Assembly (NCBI GenBank): GCA_046351395.1
Contig: JAXLYP010000017.1
Span: forward strand, 193,508 to 246,456
Direction of reading: 5' to 3'
DNA: 52,949 bases
Origin: Polyangiaceae bacterium
GTDB lineage: Bacteria > Myxococcota_A > Polyangia > Polyangiales > Polyangiaceae
Part shown: piece after piece, positions 44,919-52,949 of the stretch
Position numbering within the stretch: the first letter of the stretch is position 1
Layout: every line of letters begins with the position of its first letter
Translations under genes and position numbers: made by a program
Notes under the pieces: model-generated
The model's input: the letters and a program-made list of their open reading frames with translations, nothing else
Databases searched by the model: none
What the model was told of the DNA's origin: nothing

Positions 44919-46043
44919 GTGAGCTCCTACCGAGACGAGCGCGAGGCGCTCCGAGCGCGCGTCGACTCCCTCCAGACGGACGTCGATGGGAAGCAGCGCG
45001 AGCTCGACGCGCTGCGCGCCGCGGGGCCTCCGGCCGAGCGCCTCGACGAGATGGAGCGGCAGGTCGCGGAGGCGCAGCGCGAGATCAAGCGCATGCGCGC
45101 GGCGTATGGGCCGCCGCGATCCCGGTGGCGCGGTGTGGTCGCGGGGGTCGTCGTCGGCGCCGGGGTCGCGACGGGCGTGATGCTCCTCGTGAGAACGAGC
45201 TCCGATCCCGCGCCCGTTTCGGTGGCGTCAGGGAGCGCTCGCCGTGTGAGCCTCGGGTCGTCCGCCGCGGCGGACGTGCGACCGCCACCACTACCTCTGC
45301 CTCCGACTCCGGCGCCGTCCGCGTCGGCGCGACCGTCGCGCACGATGCAGACGGCGTGGAACGCGAAGGTGAAGCGCGCGAAGGGAGCGCCCGTCGCGCT
45401 GGGGGCGCCGTGCGTCGTGAGCGCGACGCTCGTCGAGGACGGGGCGGTCCACGCGTGGGGCGTCTCGGTGAAGTGCGGGGAGGTCTCGCTCTACTCGGCG
45501 AAGGACACGTTCAACGGGACGTCGTCGATCGTGTCCTCGGTGGAGGAGGAGAAAGGGCCCAAGGGGTTCGCTCGCGCGCTCGCGTACGAGGACAAGGGCG
45601 ATCGATCGGGGCGGAGCCAAATCTCGATCGCGACGTGGGACCACGCCGCTCGCGTTTGGGACGAGGGCGTGCGCGCGATGGAGGTGGAGCTCGACGTCGA
45701 CGCGTTCGACGCGCCCACGGAGGAGCACTTCGATCCGAGGACGGGGACGCGGTGCGCGCGCACGAGCGGAGGCGCGCGCGTGAAGAGCGTCGAGGGTATG
45801 CCGGGCGTGCTCGTGGGCGCGCGGTGCACGGTCGCGACGGAGCCCGCGGACGCGGAGTGCAGGGTGACGGTGAAGTGCGGCACGACGCTGCTCTACGATC
45901 GCGGCTTCGCGCCGGTCATCGACGGGGTCATCATGGACGACGCGCCGACCTCGAGCGGGGGCGACCCGCGCCTGCGAATCGAGGGTCGGTCGGTGCTCGT
46001 GTCGGACGAGGGGTGGTCGGTGGGAATCGAGCGCGACAAGTAG
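44919..46043 (+). CDS. Membrane protein: N-terminal coiled coil, one TM helix, duplicated Cys-containing extracytoplasmic domain
   Basis: GTG start. LRARVDSLQTDVDGKQRELDALRAAG...; TM VVAGVVVGAGVATGVMLLV. Duplicated CVVSATLVEDGAVHAWGVSVKCGEVSLYS / CTVATEPADAECRVTVKCGTTLLYD. Confidence 0.55.
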   Translation: MSSYRDEREALRARVDSLQTDVDGKQRELDALRAAGPPAERLDEMERQVAEAQREIKRMRAAYGPPRSRWRGVVAGVVVGAGVATGVMLLVRTSSDPAPVSVASGSARRVSLGSSAAADVRPPPLPLPPTPAPSASARPSRTMQTAWNAKVKRAKGAPVALGAPCVVSATLVEDGAVHAWGVSVKCGEVSLYSAKDTFNGTSSIVSSVEEEKGPKGFARALAYEDKGDRSGRSQISIATWDHAARVWDEGVRAMEVELDVDAFDAPTEEHFDPRTGTRCARTSGGARVKSVEGMPGVLVGARCTVATEPADAECRVTVKCGTTLLYDRGFAPVIDGVIMDDAPTSSGGDPRLRIEGRSVLVSDEGWSVGIERDK

Positions 46044-47180
46044 ATGAACGCACCGCTCTCATGGCCGGTGACGGTGTTCTTCGTCCTCGTGTTCGGGGTG
46101 CTTCTCCCGCTCGGGGTCGCGGTCATCGCCGCGATCCGCGTGAGAGGGTACCTCGCGCGAGCGAGGCATTTTCGGGACGCGGCGAGCGCGCCGTTCACCG
46201 GTCGCCCGGGGCCCGCCGTGCTGAGCGGGCGGACGCGATGGATCGAGCCCGCGGAGTGCCCGGTCCACGTGACGATCACGCAGGCGGGATCGGAGCGGAC
46301 CGCGAAGGGCAACCCGTACGTCGCGTGGACGGAGCAGGGCCGGCGCGCGCACTTCGCGCCGTTCGAAGTGGAGACGGGGAAGACCCCGATCCGCGTCGAG
46401 CCGGACGACGAGACGCTGTACGCGGACGCGCTGGACGAATCGGAGATTGTCGGTCCGGGTGTCCGTGAGAAGCGAGCGCGCCTGAGTCAGGGCGAGCCGG
46501 TGTGGATCGAGGGAGCGCTACGGCCGACGCGCAACCGGACGGGGGCGGCGACGGCGTATCGGGGCGCGGTGGCGACGGATCCGGAGTCCGTCACGCGCCC
46601 GCTCGTGTTCATGCGCAAGCCGTTCGAGCCGCTGGTGATCCACACGTCGCCTCCTGGGCAGGAGCAGCGATCGCGCATTTTGTTCAACGTCGCGGCGATC
46701 GCGGGCGCGATCGCGGTGTTCCTCGCGATGAACCTCGTGGTGAACCGGGACTTCGTCGACTCGCTGCTCCACGGCCGGGTCGCGCTCGGGGTGGCGACGG
46801 GGCGGCGGACGGAGATCGGCGCCCGGAGCAAGACGGGGGCGGTGATTCGGCTCGTGCACTTCGTGACGTTCGAGCTTCCGCCGAGCGAGCTCGAGCGGAC
46901 GGTCGAAGCGCGCACGGATCCGGAGACGTACGCCGAGGTCGAGCAAGACGAGCACACGCGCAAGACGTGTAGCCGGCTGGTCCGGTACACGCCGGGGGAT
47001 CCGTGGAATGCGGTGCTCGGAGAGCGCCCCCTCGCGCGGTGGTGGGTGGTGGTGGTGTCGCCGATCGTGATGATCCTCGCGGCCGCCTACTTCCTTCAAG
47101 AGCGGAACCTCAGGCCCTGGTACGAGGGGAGGAAGCTGAACGAGACGGAGCCCGGGCGGCTGCCGTGGAGCCCGCGCTGA
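46044..47180 (+). CDS. Membrane protein (3 TM segments), function unknown
   Basis: ATG follows the upstream TAG directly. The 3' end overlaps the AraC 3' end by ~70 nt (convergent). Confidence 0.55.
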   Translation: MNAPLSWPVTVFFVLVFGVLLPLGVAVIAAIRVRGYLARARHFRDAASAPFTGRPGPAVLSGRTRWIEPAECPVHVTITQAGSERTAKGNPYVAWTEQGRRAHFAPFEVETGKTPIRVEPDDETLYADALDESEIVGPGVREKRARLSQGEPVWIEGALRPTRNRTGAATAYRGAVATDPESVTRPLVFMRKPFEPLVIHTSPPGQEQRSRILFNVAAIAGAIAVFLAMNLVVNRDFVDSLLHGRVALGVATGRRTEIGARSKTGAVIRLVHFVTFELPPSELERTVEARTDPETYAEVEQDEHTRKTCSRLVRYTPGDPWNAVLGERPLARWWVVVVSPIVMILAAAYFLQERNLRPWYEGRKLNETEPGRLPWSPR

Positions 47181-48072
47181 CGGGCGCCGCGTGGACGGAT
47201 TGGATGTACGCGCTCGGTGATGCGCCGACGACGCGCTTGAAGTCGCGCGCGAAGTGGGCCTGATCGGAGTAGCCGAGGGCGAGCGCGAGATCGGCGAGGG
47301 ATGGGGGCGAGGGGGCCTTGAGGCGCTCCGCGGCTTCATGGAGTCGATAGCGAGCGAGCACCCACTTCGGGGTGACGCCGACGAAGCGCTGGAACTGGCG
47401 CTGGAGGGTGCGGACGTCGACGCGCGCGATCCGCGCGACGTCCTCGACGCGCACGAGGGTTCGATCCTCGGAGATCCGCTCCACGAGGTCGCGGACGCGC
47501 GCGATCTCGACGGGGGGGCGCTCGAGGCGGGGGCGGAGGAAGGCTTCGGACGCGTCGATCCGCGCCGCGGTGTCCGGGAGGGATGCGATGAGGCGCCCGA
47601 GCTCGATTCCAGGGGCGCCGAACAGGTCCTCGATGGGGACGACCTTCCCCGTGAGGGTGTGGAGCGAGCGCCCGAGGACGGGGTGGAAGCAGGCGGGTCG
47701 GAATTTGATGCCGAACACCCAGCCATCCCCGTGGAGCGTGCGCTCGAAGCGCGCGCGGGGCACGCCGCTCACCTCGGCGGTCGGGGCGCGTCTGGATTGC
47801 TGGCTCTCGAAGAGGATGTGGACCGTGGGGTGCGGGAGCGTCGCGGCGGTGAAGGGGGCACGAAGGGCCCATTGGACGCTCCAGAAGTGGGCGATGCTGT
47901 GCGCGAGCGCGGCGGAAGGCGCGACGCGATCGTGATGTGTGGTGCCGTTCGGTGCGGGCGGATGGGCGTGAAGGACGCCTCTCGGCGGACCGAGTCGGGG
48001 GCTCTGCGAGCTGAACCGGTCGTGGGCCGACGAACTGAGTGCACGTGCGGGCCGAGGCGTCAGACCCGTCAT
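47110..48072 (-). CDS. AraC-family transcriptional regulator with an N-terminal effector domain
   Basis: HTHs ARIARVDVRTLQRQFQRFVGVTPKWVLARYRLHEA and LADLALALGYSDQAHFARDFKRVVGASPSAY. Start uncertain (ATG at ~48072). Confidence 0.7.
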   Translation of the reverse strand: MTGLTPRPARALSSSAHDRFSSQSPRLGPPRGVLHAHPPAPNGTTHHDRVAPSAALAHSIAHFWSVQWALRAPFTAATLPHPTVHILFESQQSRRAPTAEVSGVPRARFERTLHGDGWVFGIKFRPACFHPVLGRSLHTLTGKVVPIEDLFGAPGIELGRLIASLPDTAARIDASEAFLRPRLERPPVEIARVRDLVERISEDRTLVRVEDVARIARVDVRTLQRQFQRFVGVTPKWVLARYRLHEAAERLKAPSPPSLADLALALGYSDQAHFARDFKRVVGASPSAYIQSVHAAPVSAGSTAAARAPSRSASSPRTRA

Positions 48073-48427
48073 CGTAGGTGAAGGAGCGCGACTCGGGGGG
48101 GTTGGGTGGGCCCCCACTCGCGCGCTGGCGCGCGCGGTCTCCCCCTTGTCCGTGCTCGGGCGCGCCCGCGGCGGTGACTTTTTCGTGCGGGGCGCTCGTG
48201 CGGCGCGCCCTGCGCGCGGACGGGGGAGACAGGTCCGACTCACCCCACCCGCTGGATCGTGTGGCGACGATCGACAAGACCCGGTCGCGGCTCCGAGGGT
48301 GCCTCCATGTCGCGAGCCCGGGCTTCAATGCGGGGTATCGGGGGACCGCTCTCCTCGCATCTTGGAGGCGGTAGCCGCCCCCTCGCGCCTATCGCGCGCG
48401 GCGACTCACGTCGCGCGGGGTGCGGTG

Positions 48428-48477
48428 AAGACTCATGCCCCCAAGTTCCCACGTGCGCGAGATGGACACTACTGCGC
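48428..48477. repeat. Conserved ~50-nt element, copy 1 (paired with 50164..50215)
   Basis: gaagactcatgcccccaagttcccacgtgcgcgagatggacactactgcgc versus gaagactcatgcccccaagtcttcttacgtgcgcgagatggacgctattgcgc. Copy 1 overlaps the stop of the 48469..50106 gene and lies ~350 bp upstream of the AraC start. Confidence 0.7.
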
Positions 48478-50106
48478 GGGAAGCTTCAGCGTCTCCGCGC
48501 CGGATCCGTCGTCGCCCTTGCCGCCGGCATCCGATGCACCACCCAGCCCGCCGCCCGCTCGCGTGGACGTGAAGCCAGCGGCCGGTGCCGAGGTCACGTA
48601 GGCGATTGCCAACGAGTGTCCGCCGTGGCCGCCGCCACCCGCGCCGCCATTGCTGCCCTGGCCTCCCTTGCCTCCATCGCAGGCCGTCGGGGTGCCGGCG
48701 CCAGAGCCGGCATTGCCGCCCTTTCCGCCGACCGCACCAAACTGTCCAGCTGCGCCGCTTCCGCCGGCGCCACCCTTGCCGACGGTGAAGCTCACGCCCG
48801 AGAGAGTTGGGGCCGCGCCCAGGACGATCATCCCGATGCTCGCGCCCCCAGCGCCGCCTCCGGGGGCTCCGTGGCCCCCGCAACCGCCCGCGCCGCCGCC
48901 GCCCCTGCTCGCGCCGCGAATGTCTGCGAGAGGCGGCGTCACGTCCTTGAGTCCCTTCGCGCCGCCGCCTCCGCCTCCGAGGCCGGGACGCCCGTCCTCG
49001 CCGACTCCGCCGGAAGCTCCTGCGTAGCCCATCGAGGAGATTGTCCCCGGCAGGGTCGCGTTCGGGCCCGGCATGACGGAGGCGCCGTTGGAGCCCTGAT
49101 GTCCGGGCGCGCAGCCACCCCCCATGTCACCAGGTCCTCCCACGCCATCATTCCCCGCCACAATCGGGGGCGTTGGCGTCGCAGTCCCATCATCACCCTT
49201 TATGCCGTCGCTTGCGACCGCAACGACCTTTCCACCCTCTCCTCCAGCCCCGCCAGTGGTCGTGCAAAACGGGTTCGTCCCCGGGAGTCCACCTGGATTG
49301 GTCATGGTCGGCGTGGTCGTGTTGGCGTCGGCCCCGACGCCGCCCGCGATGGGGGCGGCCATCGAGTTTGTCGGACCGATGTTGTCCGTCGGCGTGGTGC
49401 TGTCCTGTCCCGCGGCAGCGTCGCCCGTCTCCACGTCCACGTCCGCAAACACGGACGGGACCTCGCCCACGATCACTCCAATCGCGCTCGAGCCCGGCGC
49501 CGCGCCCGCAGTCGCAAGGACCTTCAGGCGGTCGACCTCCGTCGTCCCCTGACCATCCGCCAGCCTCAGGCCGATCTCGCCCGCATCCGGCTCGAGCGTG
49601 GTGCGCGCGTCCGCCGCCTTGATCTTGTACCCCGCCGAACAATCCAGGCCGCCATACACGACCACCCCCGCCGGAAGCACGATGCCGCTCGTGTCCGTCA
49701 GCGCGCCCTCACAGACATAGATCGTCTTGCCCGCCGTCCACGCGATGACCGCGGCGCTCAACGTCTTGAGGGGCGCCGCCATCGTCCCCGCCTGCATGTT
49801 GTCGCCCCCCACCGGGTCGACGAACACCCCGCACGAGTCCCCCTTCGTCGGACCGCTCGTCAGAGACACGGCGCAGTCCATCGACACCCCCGTGCTGCTC
49901 GACGTCATCGTCGCGGATGACGAATTCGTCATGCTCGCCGCCGTCGTACTCGAGGTCGCGCCTCCTGCGCCCCCGGAGCAAGGAGCCGAGTGATCCGCGC
50001 AGGAGTCCGTGGACTCCGAGGGGCACCCGGCCATGAGGCTCGCGAGCGCGAGCGACGCCACGAGCGCGCAGGCGCTGGTCTTGATGTGCGAACGAGGAAG
50101 CGTCAT
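48469..50106 (-). CDS. Gly-rich repeat lipoprotein
   Basis: MTLPRSHIKTSACALVASLALASLMAGC. Long GGxGG / PGxxG-rich C-terminal half. Paralogue of 50299..51897. Confidence 0.7.
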   Translation of the reverse strand: MTLPRSHIKTSACALVASLALASLMAGCPSESTDSCADHSAPCSGGAGGATSSTTAASMTNSSSATMTSSSTGVSMDCAVSLTSGPTKGDSCGVFVDPVGGDNMQAGTMAAPLKTLSAAVIAWTAGKTIYVCEGALTDTSGIVLPAGVVVYGGLDCSAGYKIKAADARTTLEPDAGEIGLRLADGQGTTEVDRLKVLATAGAAPGSSAIGVIVGEVPSVFADVDVETGDAAAGQDSTTPTDNIGPTNSMAAPIAGGVGADANTTTPTMTNPGGLPGTNPFCTTTGGAGGEGGKVVAVASDGIKGDDGTATPTPPIVAGNDGVGGPGDMGGGCAPGHQGSNGASVMPGPNATLPGTISSMGYAGASGGVGEDGRPGLGGGGGGAKGLKDVTPPLADIRGASRGGGGAGGCGGHGAPGGGAGGASIGMIVLGAAPTLSGVSFTVGKGGAGGSGAAGQFGAVGGKGGNAGSGAGTPTACDGGKGGQGSNGGAGGGGHGGHSLAIAYVTSAPAAGFTSTRAGGGLGGASDAGGKGDDGSGAETLKLPAQ

Positions 50107-50163
50107 GGGTGTTCTCCGAACGGAGCGGCAGTTGGAGGGCGGAGGAGTGTGCGTGCGCGGACG

Positions 50164-50215
50164 AAGACTCATGCCCCCAAGTCTTCTTACGTGCGCGAGA
50201 TGGACGCTATTGCGC
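50164..50215. repeat. Conserved ~50-nt element, copy 2, ~60 nt upstream of the Gly-rich lipoprotein start
   Basis: See the feature at 48428..48477. On the minus strand it reads ...GCGCAATAGCGTCCATCTCGCGCACGTAAGAAGACTTGGGGGCATGAGTCTTC, ending in GGGGG-ATG. Confidence 0.7.
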
Positions 50216-50298
50216 CGAAAGTTAAAATTCTCGTGCCGCGGCCTCCTACGCTCGAGTCCAACCCCAACGAATCCCATGGTCGAGACTGCCGAAGCCAT

Positions 50299-51897
50299 TC
50301 ATTCGGGCAACTCCATGGACGCCGCGACGCTGCCGTCTGCGCCACTCGTCGCCTGATCAATACCGTTCGAGCCACCGCTGCCGCCCATGCCGGCGGTTCC
50401 GGGAGACGCGACTGTGGGCATCTCCGTCGGTGGCGATCCCGCATAGGCCACCGCGATAGCGTGCCCGCCACGACCGCCGCCCCCAGACCCGCCGTTCCCG
50501 CCGGAACCTCCAGTGCCACCACCACACGCGGGTTTGACGCCCCCGCCGCCCATACCCCCGCCCATGCCTGTGCCCCCCAGCTGACCAAGCTGCCCGTTCC
50601 CGCCTCTACCGCCGACGCCACCCGACCCGAGCGAGATGGAGACATTGCTGAATGAGATCGTCGAGTGGAACGACAGAACGCCGATGCTCGAGCCACCGCC
50701 GCCGCCACCGGTTCCCTTGGTACCCCCACAGCCCCCCGCACCGCCACTCCCGCCGCCAGCCCCGTGCACTGTGGCCGTGGCCTTCGATCCCCCGCCGCCT
50801 CCCGCGCCTTGGCCCCTCTTTCCAGATCCGCCGTCGCCACCCGACGCGTTTGCATAGGCGCCCGCCGTCAGCTGTCCGAAGGTACTCATCGATGCCCCTT
50901 GCCCGGTTGAGCCATCCATTCCGCCCGCGCCGAACCCTCCACCACCAACTCCGGTCGCGCAACTCCACATCACGCCGCCGTTGTCGCCGATTCCGCCCAG
51001 CGTGGGACCCAGGTTGTCGTCTCCATTGTCTCCGGCGGCTCCGTTTCCGTTCATGATGGTGCCTCCGTCACCGCCCTTGCCACCATTGCTTACACCGTCC
51101 GGGCACGTGTTGTTGGCCGATTTTGCGCCACCCGCAAGCATCACGTCTGCTGCATTCTTGCCAGGGTTGCCGCCTGGCGCCTGATTGGCCTGCGGCCCAC
51201 CGTCGACGCCGGCAGACCCGGGGGCGCCATCTCCGCCCACGAGTACCGCGTTGTTGATGTCCAGGGTGGCATTCGCAGCATGAACTACTACGCTCGAGGC
51301 TCCCATCGTGGTCGCCTTGGGTGAGGTCAGGTCGATTGAATCGACCACCGAGCCCCCTGAACCAGTGATAGAGAGTGCCGGCTGGTTGACGGATCCCATC
51401 ACCTGGGGGTGAGGGTTGGAGTGCGAAAACGTCCAGTCGGTGCATGACAGCCCGCCGAGCAGGGAAATGCCGCCTGGCAGTGTGATGGAACCGTCGAAGG
51501 ATCCGCTGCCGCAGACATATACGCGTGGCTTCTCACTCGTCGTTGCAGCAACGGCCTCAGCGATACTCCCCAGAGGATCCATCTGAGTTCCGCCTCCCGA
51601 CGCCCCCTGCTTTACGAACACGCCACACTCGGCACCGACCGGCTTCCCCTCGACGAGCGCACATTGCTCAGGGGTTCCGGTCGAGGAAGACACTGTTGAC
51701 GTACTCGTCATGCTCGCCGCCGTCGTGCTGGACGACCCCGAGCCACCACCCGTTCCCGACGGGCAGCCCGCGTCGTACAGTTCGGGGTGTGTGTTGCAGG
51801 TGTTCTCTTGGTCGAAGAACACGCATGAGCCCGTCAAGCAGGCGGCGACCAGCGAAAGTGCGATGGAACCTCGGGTCAACTGTCGCTGGCTTCTCAT
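50299..51897 (-). CDS. Gly-rich repeat lipoprotein, tandem paralogue
   Basis: GGAG 9 nt upstream. MRSQRQLTRGSIALSLVAACLTGSC. The C-terminus ...GGRGGHAIAVAYAGSPP... parallels ...GGHGGHSLAIAYVTSAP... in the neighbouring gene. Confidence 0.7.
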   Translation of the reverse strand: MRSQRQLTRGSIALSLVAACLTGSCVFFDQENTCNTHPELYDAGCPSGTGGGSGSSSTTAASMTSTSTVSSSTGTPEQCALVEGKPVGAECGVFVKQGASGGGTQMDPLGSIAEAVAATTSEKPRVYVCGSGSFDGSITLPGGISLLGGLSCTDWTFSHSNPHPQVMGSVNQPALSITGSGGSVVDSIDLTSPKATTMGASSVVVHAANATLDINNAVLVGGDGAPGSAGVDGGPQANQAPGGNPGKNAADVMLAGGAKSANNTCPDGVSNGGKGGDGGTIMNGNGAAGDNGDDNLGPTLGGIGDNGGVMWSCATGVGGGGFGAGGMDGSTGQGASMSTFGQLTAGAYANASGGDGGSGKRGQGAGGGGGSKATATVHGAGGGSGGAGGCGGTKGTGGGGGGSSIGVLSFHSTISFSNVSISLGSGGVGGRGGNGQLGQLGGTGMGGGMGGGGVKPACGGGTGGSGGNGGSGGGGRGGHAIAVAYAGSPPTEMPTVASPGTAGMGGSGGSNGIDQATSGADGSVAASMELPE

Positions 51898-51921
51898 GTT
51901 TCAAATCTCCAAGCTTCGGAA

Positions 51922-52800
51922 TCAGAAGTGCGTCGAGAGCTCGACGCCGAACGCATCTGTGCTGACGATGGGGACGACGGCCACGGGCGCGGGCTCGGAC
52001 TGTGGCTTTCCCAGCGCCCATATCAAGAGGACTGTGGAGGGGATGGCCACTACGCCCGCGCTGATGAACAACCACGGAGACGCGTTGCTCAACGTTCGCT
52101 TGTTCGTTTCGAAGTCCGTCCCCGCCTCGCACGGGTAGGAAGGGCAGTGAAAGTCCGGGTCGGCATTGGCCGCGACAGCGGTTCCAATGCCCGCACCGAG
52201 GAGTCCCGCGGTCACGCTCAGGCCCAAGATGGCCGGCCAAATCGGTCTGTGCTGCCCGGGCGGAGGCGTCGTCGGAAAAGGGATGACCACGGGCTCTGGT
52301 GGCTTCGTGCCCGCCACCGCATCGAAGTCCACCGCACCCTTCTTGGCGCCCGAGGTCGCTTCGAAGTGGTGCTTGCCCGGGTCCAAGAACAGCGTGATGG
52401 GGCCGCGTCCCATAGGCTGTGAATCGATGGTGATATCCGCCGAGGTCTCGGCACCCTGCACCGTCAGCTCGGCCACGTGCTCCTTCGCCTTCTTCAGGGC
52501 GTCCAGAAAGTCCTGCTCGACTCCCGACGTCGAATTCTTCGCGTAGAACGCGATGTGCGTCGCCCCCTCGCGGTACTTTCCGAGCTCGACCTCACACTTC
52601 CCCTGAAGTCCGCGGATCTGGCCGTGCTGGAAAATGGCCCACGCTGCTTCGGCTTTTGCGACGCACTCGCTCCAATCCTTTCGCCCCGCGGCGATTCCGG
52701 CCTGTTCGAACACCTTGGCGGCATCGTCCGCCGGGTCTGCGCTCGCCACCCCCGCCACGCTCATGGCGGCGAGTGAGGCGATCATCCATGACGCTTTCAC
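51922..52800 (-). CDS. Secreted protein with C-terminal hydrophobic segments, function unknown
   Basis: Strong SD ggagggag 8 nt upstream of GTG 52800. MKASWMIASLAAMSVAGVASA. Ends ...VELSTHF*. Confidence 0.6.
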   Translation of the reverse strand: MKASWMIASLAAMSVAGVASADPADDAAKVFEQAGIAAGRKDWSECVAKAEAAWAIFQHGQIRGLQGKCEVELGKYREGATHIAFYAKNSTSGVEQDFLDALKKAKEHVAELTVQGAETSADITIDSQPMGRGPITLFLDPGKHHFEATSGAKKGAVDFDAVAGTKPPEPVVIPFPTTPPPGQHRPIWPAILGLSVTAGLLGAGIGTAVAANADPDFHCPSYPCEAGTDFETNKRTLSNASPWLFISAGVVAIPSTVLLIWALGKPQSEPAPVAVVPIVSTDAFGVELSTHF

Positions 52801-52949
52801 GGTTTGCTCCCTCCGAACTTCGTCGAATAGGGACTGCTTGCTGTCGGTGCTGCGCTCGGCGTGACCTGGGGTGTCGTGGGGGTCGTGCCGACGCTCGGGC
52901 TCGTGCTCTTCACCGTCGGCGCGATCGGTGCCCCCGTCGTCACCGCCGG
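52797..52949 (-). CDS. 3' end of a gene continuing beyond the window (Pro/Thr/Ser-rich tail)
   Basis: Open minus-strand frame ...PAVTTGAPIAPTVKSTSPSVGTTPTTPQVTPSAAPTASSPYSTKFGGSKP*. Its TGA overlaps the GTG of the downstream gene (GTGA). The low-complexity sequence makes the coding call weak. Confidence 0.3.
   Translation of the reverse strand, partial: PAVTTGAPIAPTVKSTSPSVGTTPTTPQVTPSAAPTASSPYSTKFGGSKP

Noticed and set aside
48240-48452. 70-aa ORF starting inside conserved element copy 1
   Set aside because: Its ATG is not conserved in copy 2 (gtgggaactt versus gtaagaagactt) and the product is Arg/Pro-rich. This is more likely non-coding.

Overview
This is a high-GC (~70%) window with the coding style of Myxococcota (Sorangium/Polyangium-like): dense genes, many GTG starts, ATGA/GTGA overlapping stop-start junctions, and Arg/Ala-rich shadow ORFs on the non-coding strand. 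I found no rRNA, tRNA or CRISPR. About 48 protein genes can be supported, many of them lipoproteins or secreted proteins.

The main features are:
- **Duplicated transporter module.** Two paralogous modules each combine a periplasmic lipoprotein with protein-kinase-like motifs, a beta-barrel-like outer-membrane protein ending in Phe, and a TLC/NTT-family (ATP/ADP-translocase-like) inner-membrane transporter. The first module (13779..6822, minus strand) also carries a HEAT-repeat tail on the transporter and a tandem cNMP-binding protein. The second (18997..24616, plus strand) has its kinase-like gene split by an IS66-family transposase remnant.
- **Phosphatase cluster.** Three PAP2 phosphatases, a frameshifted histidine phosphatase and a small Cys-repeat lipoprotein sit between the two modules.
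- **Kinase / immunity-like cluster.** A Pro-rich repeat protein, a zinc-ribbon Ser/Thr kinase fused to an FGE-sulfatase-like domain, a SUKH (Smi1/Knr4) immunity-like protein and a standalone LanM-dehydratase-like (DUF4135) protein lie together.
- **Orphan TssC.** An N-terminally short T6SS sheath subunit has no adjacent tssB and is translationally coupled to a lipoprotein.
- **Signalling operon.** PAS histidine kinase, roadblock/LC7, frameshifted MBL-fold (ODP-like) protein, response regulator, OmpA-like protein and a membrane coiled-coil roadblock protein, preceded by three 20-bp direct repeats.
- **TetR operon.** TetR, fatty-acid hydroxylase and a lipoprotein, with twin GTGAA-N5-TTCAC operator palindromes over the TetR start.
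- **Gly-rich lipoproteins.** Two tandem paralogues; a ~50-nt conserved element lies upstream of one and 3' of the other.
- **Flanking direct repeat.** A ~115-bp direct repeat (a decayed 3' end of a methyltransferase gene) flanks a fused MFS/spermidine-synthase-like gene.

Coordinates indexed by hand may be off by 1-2 nt; where possible they follow the supplied ORF track.
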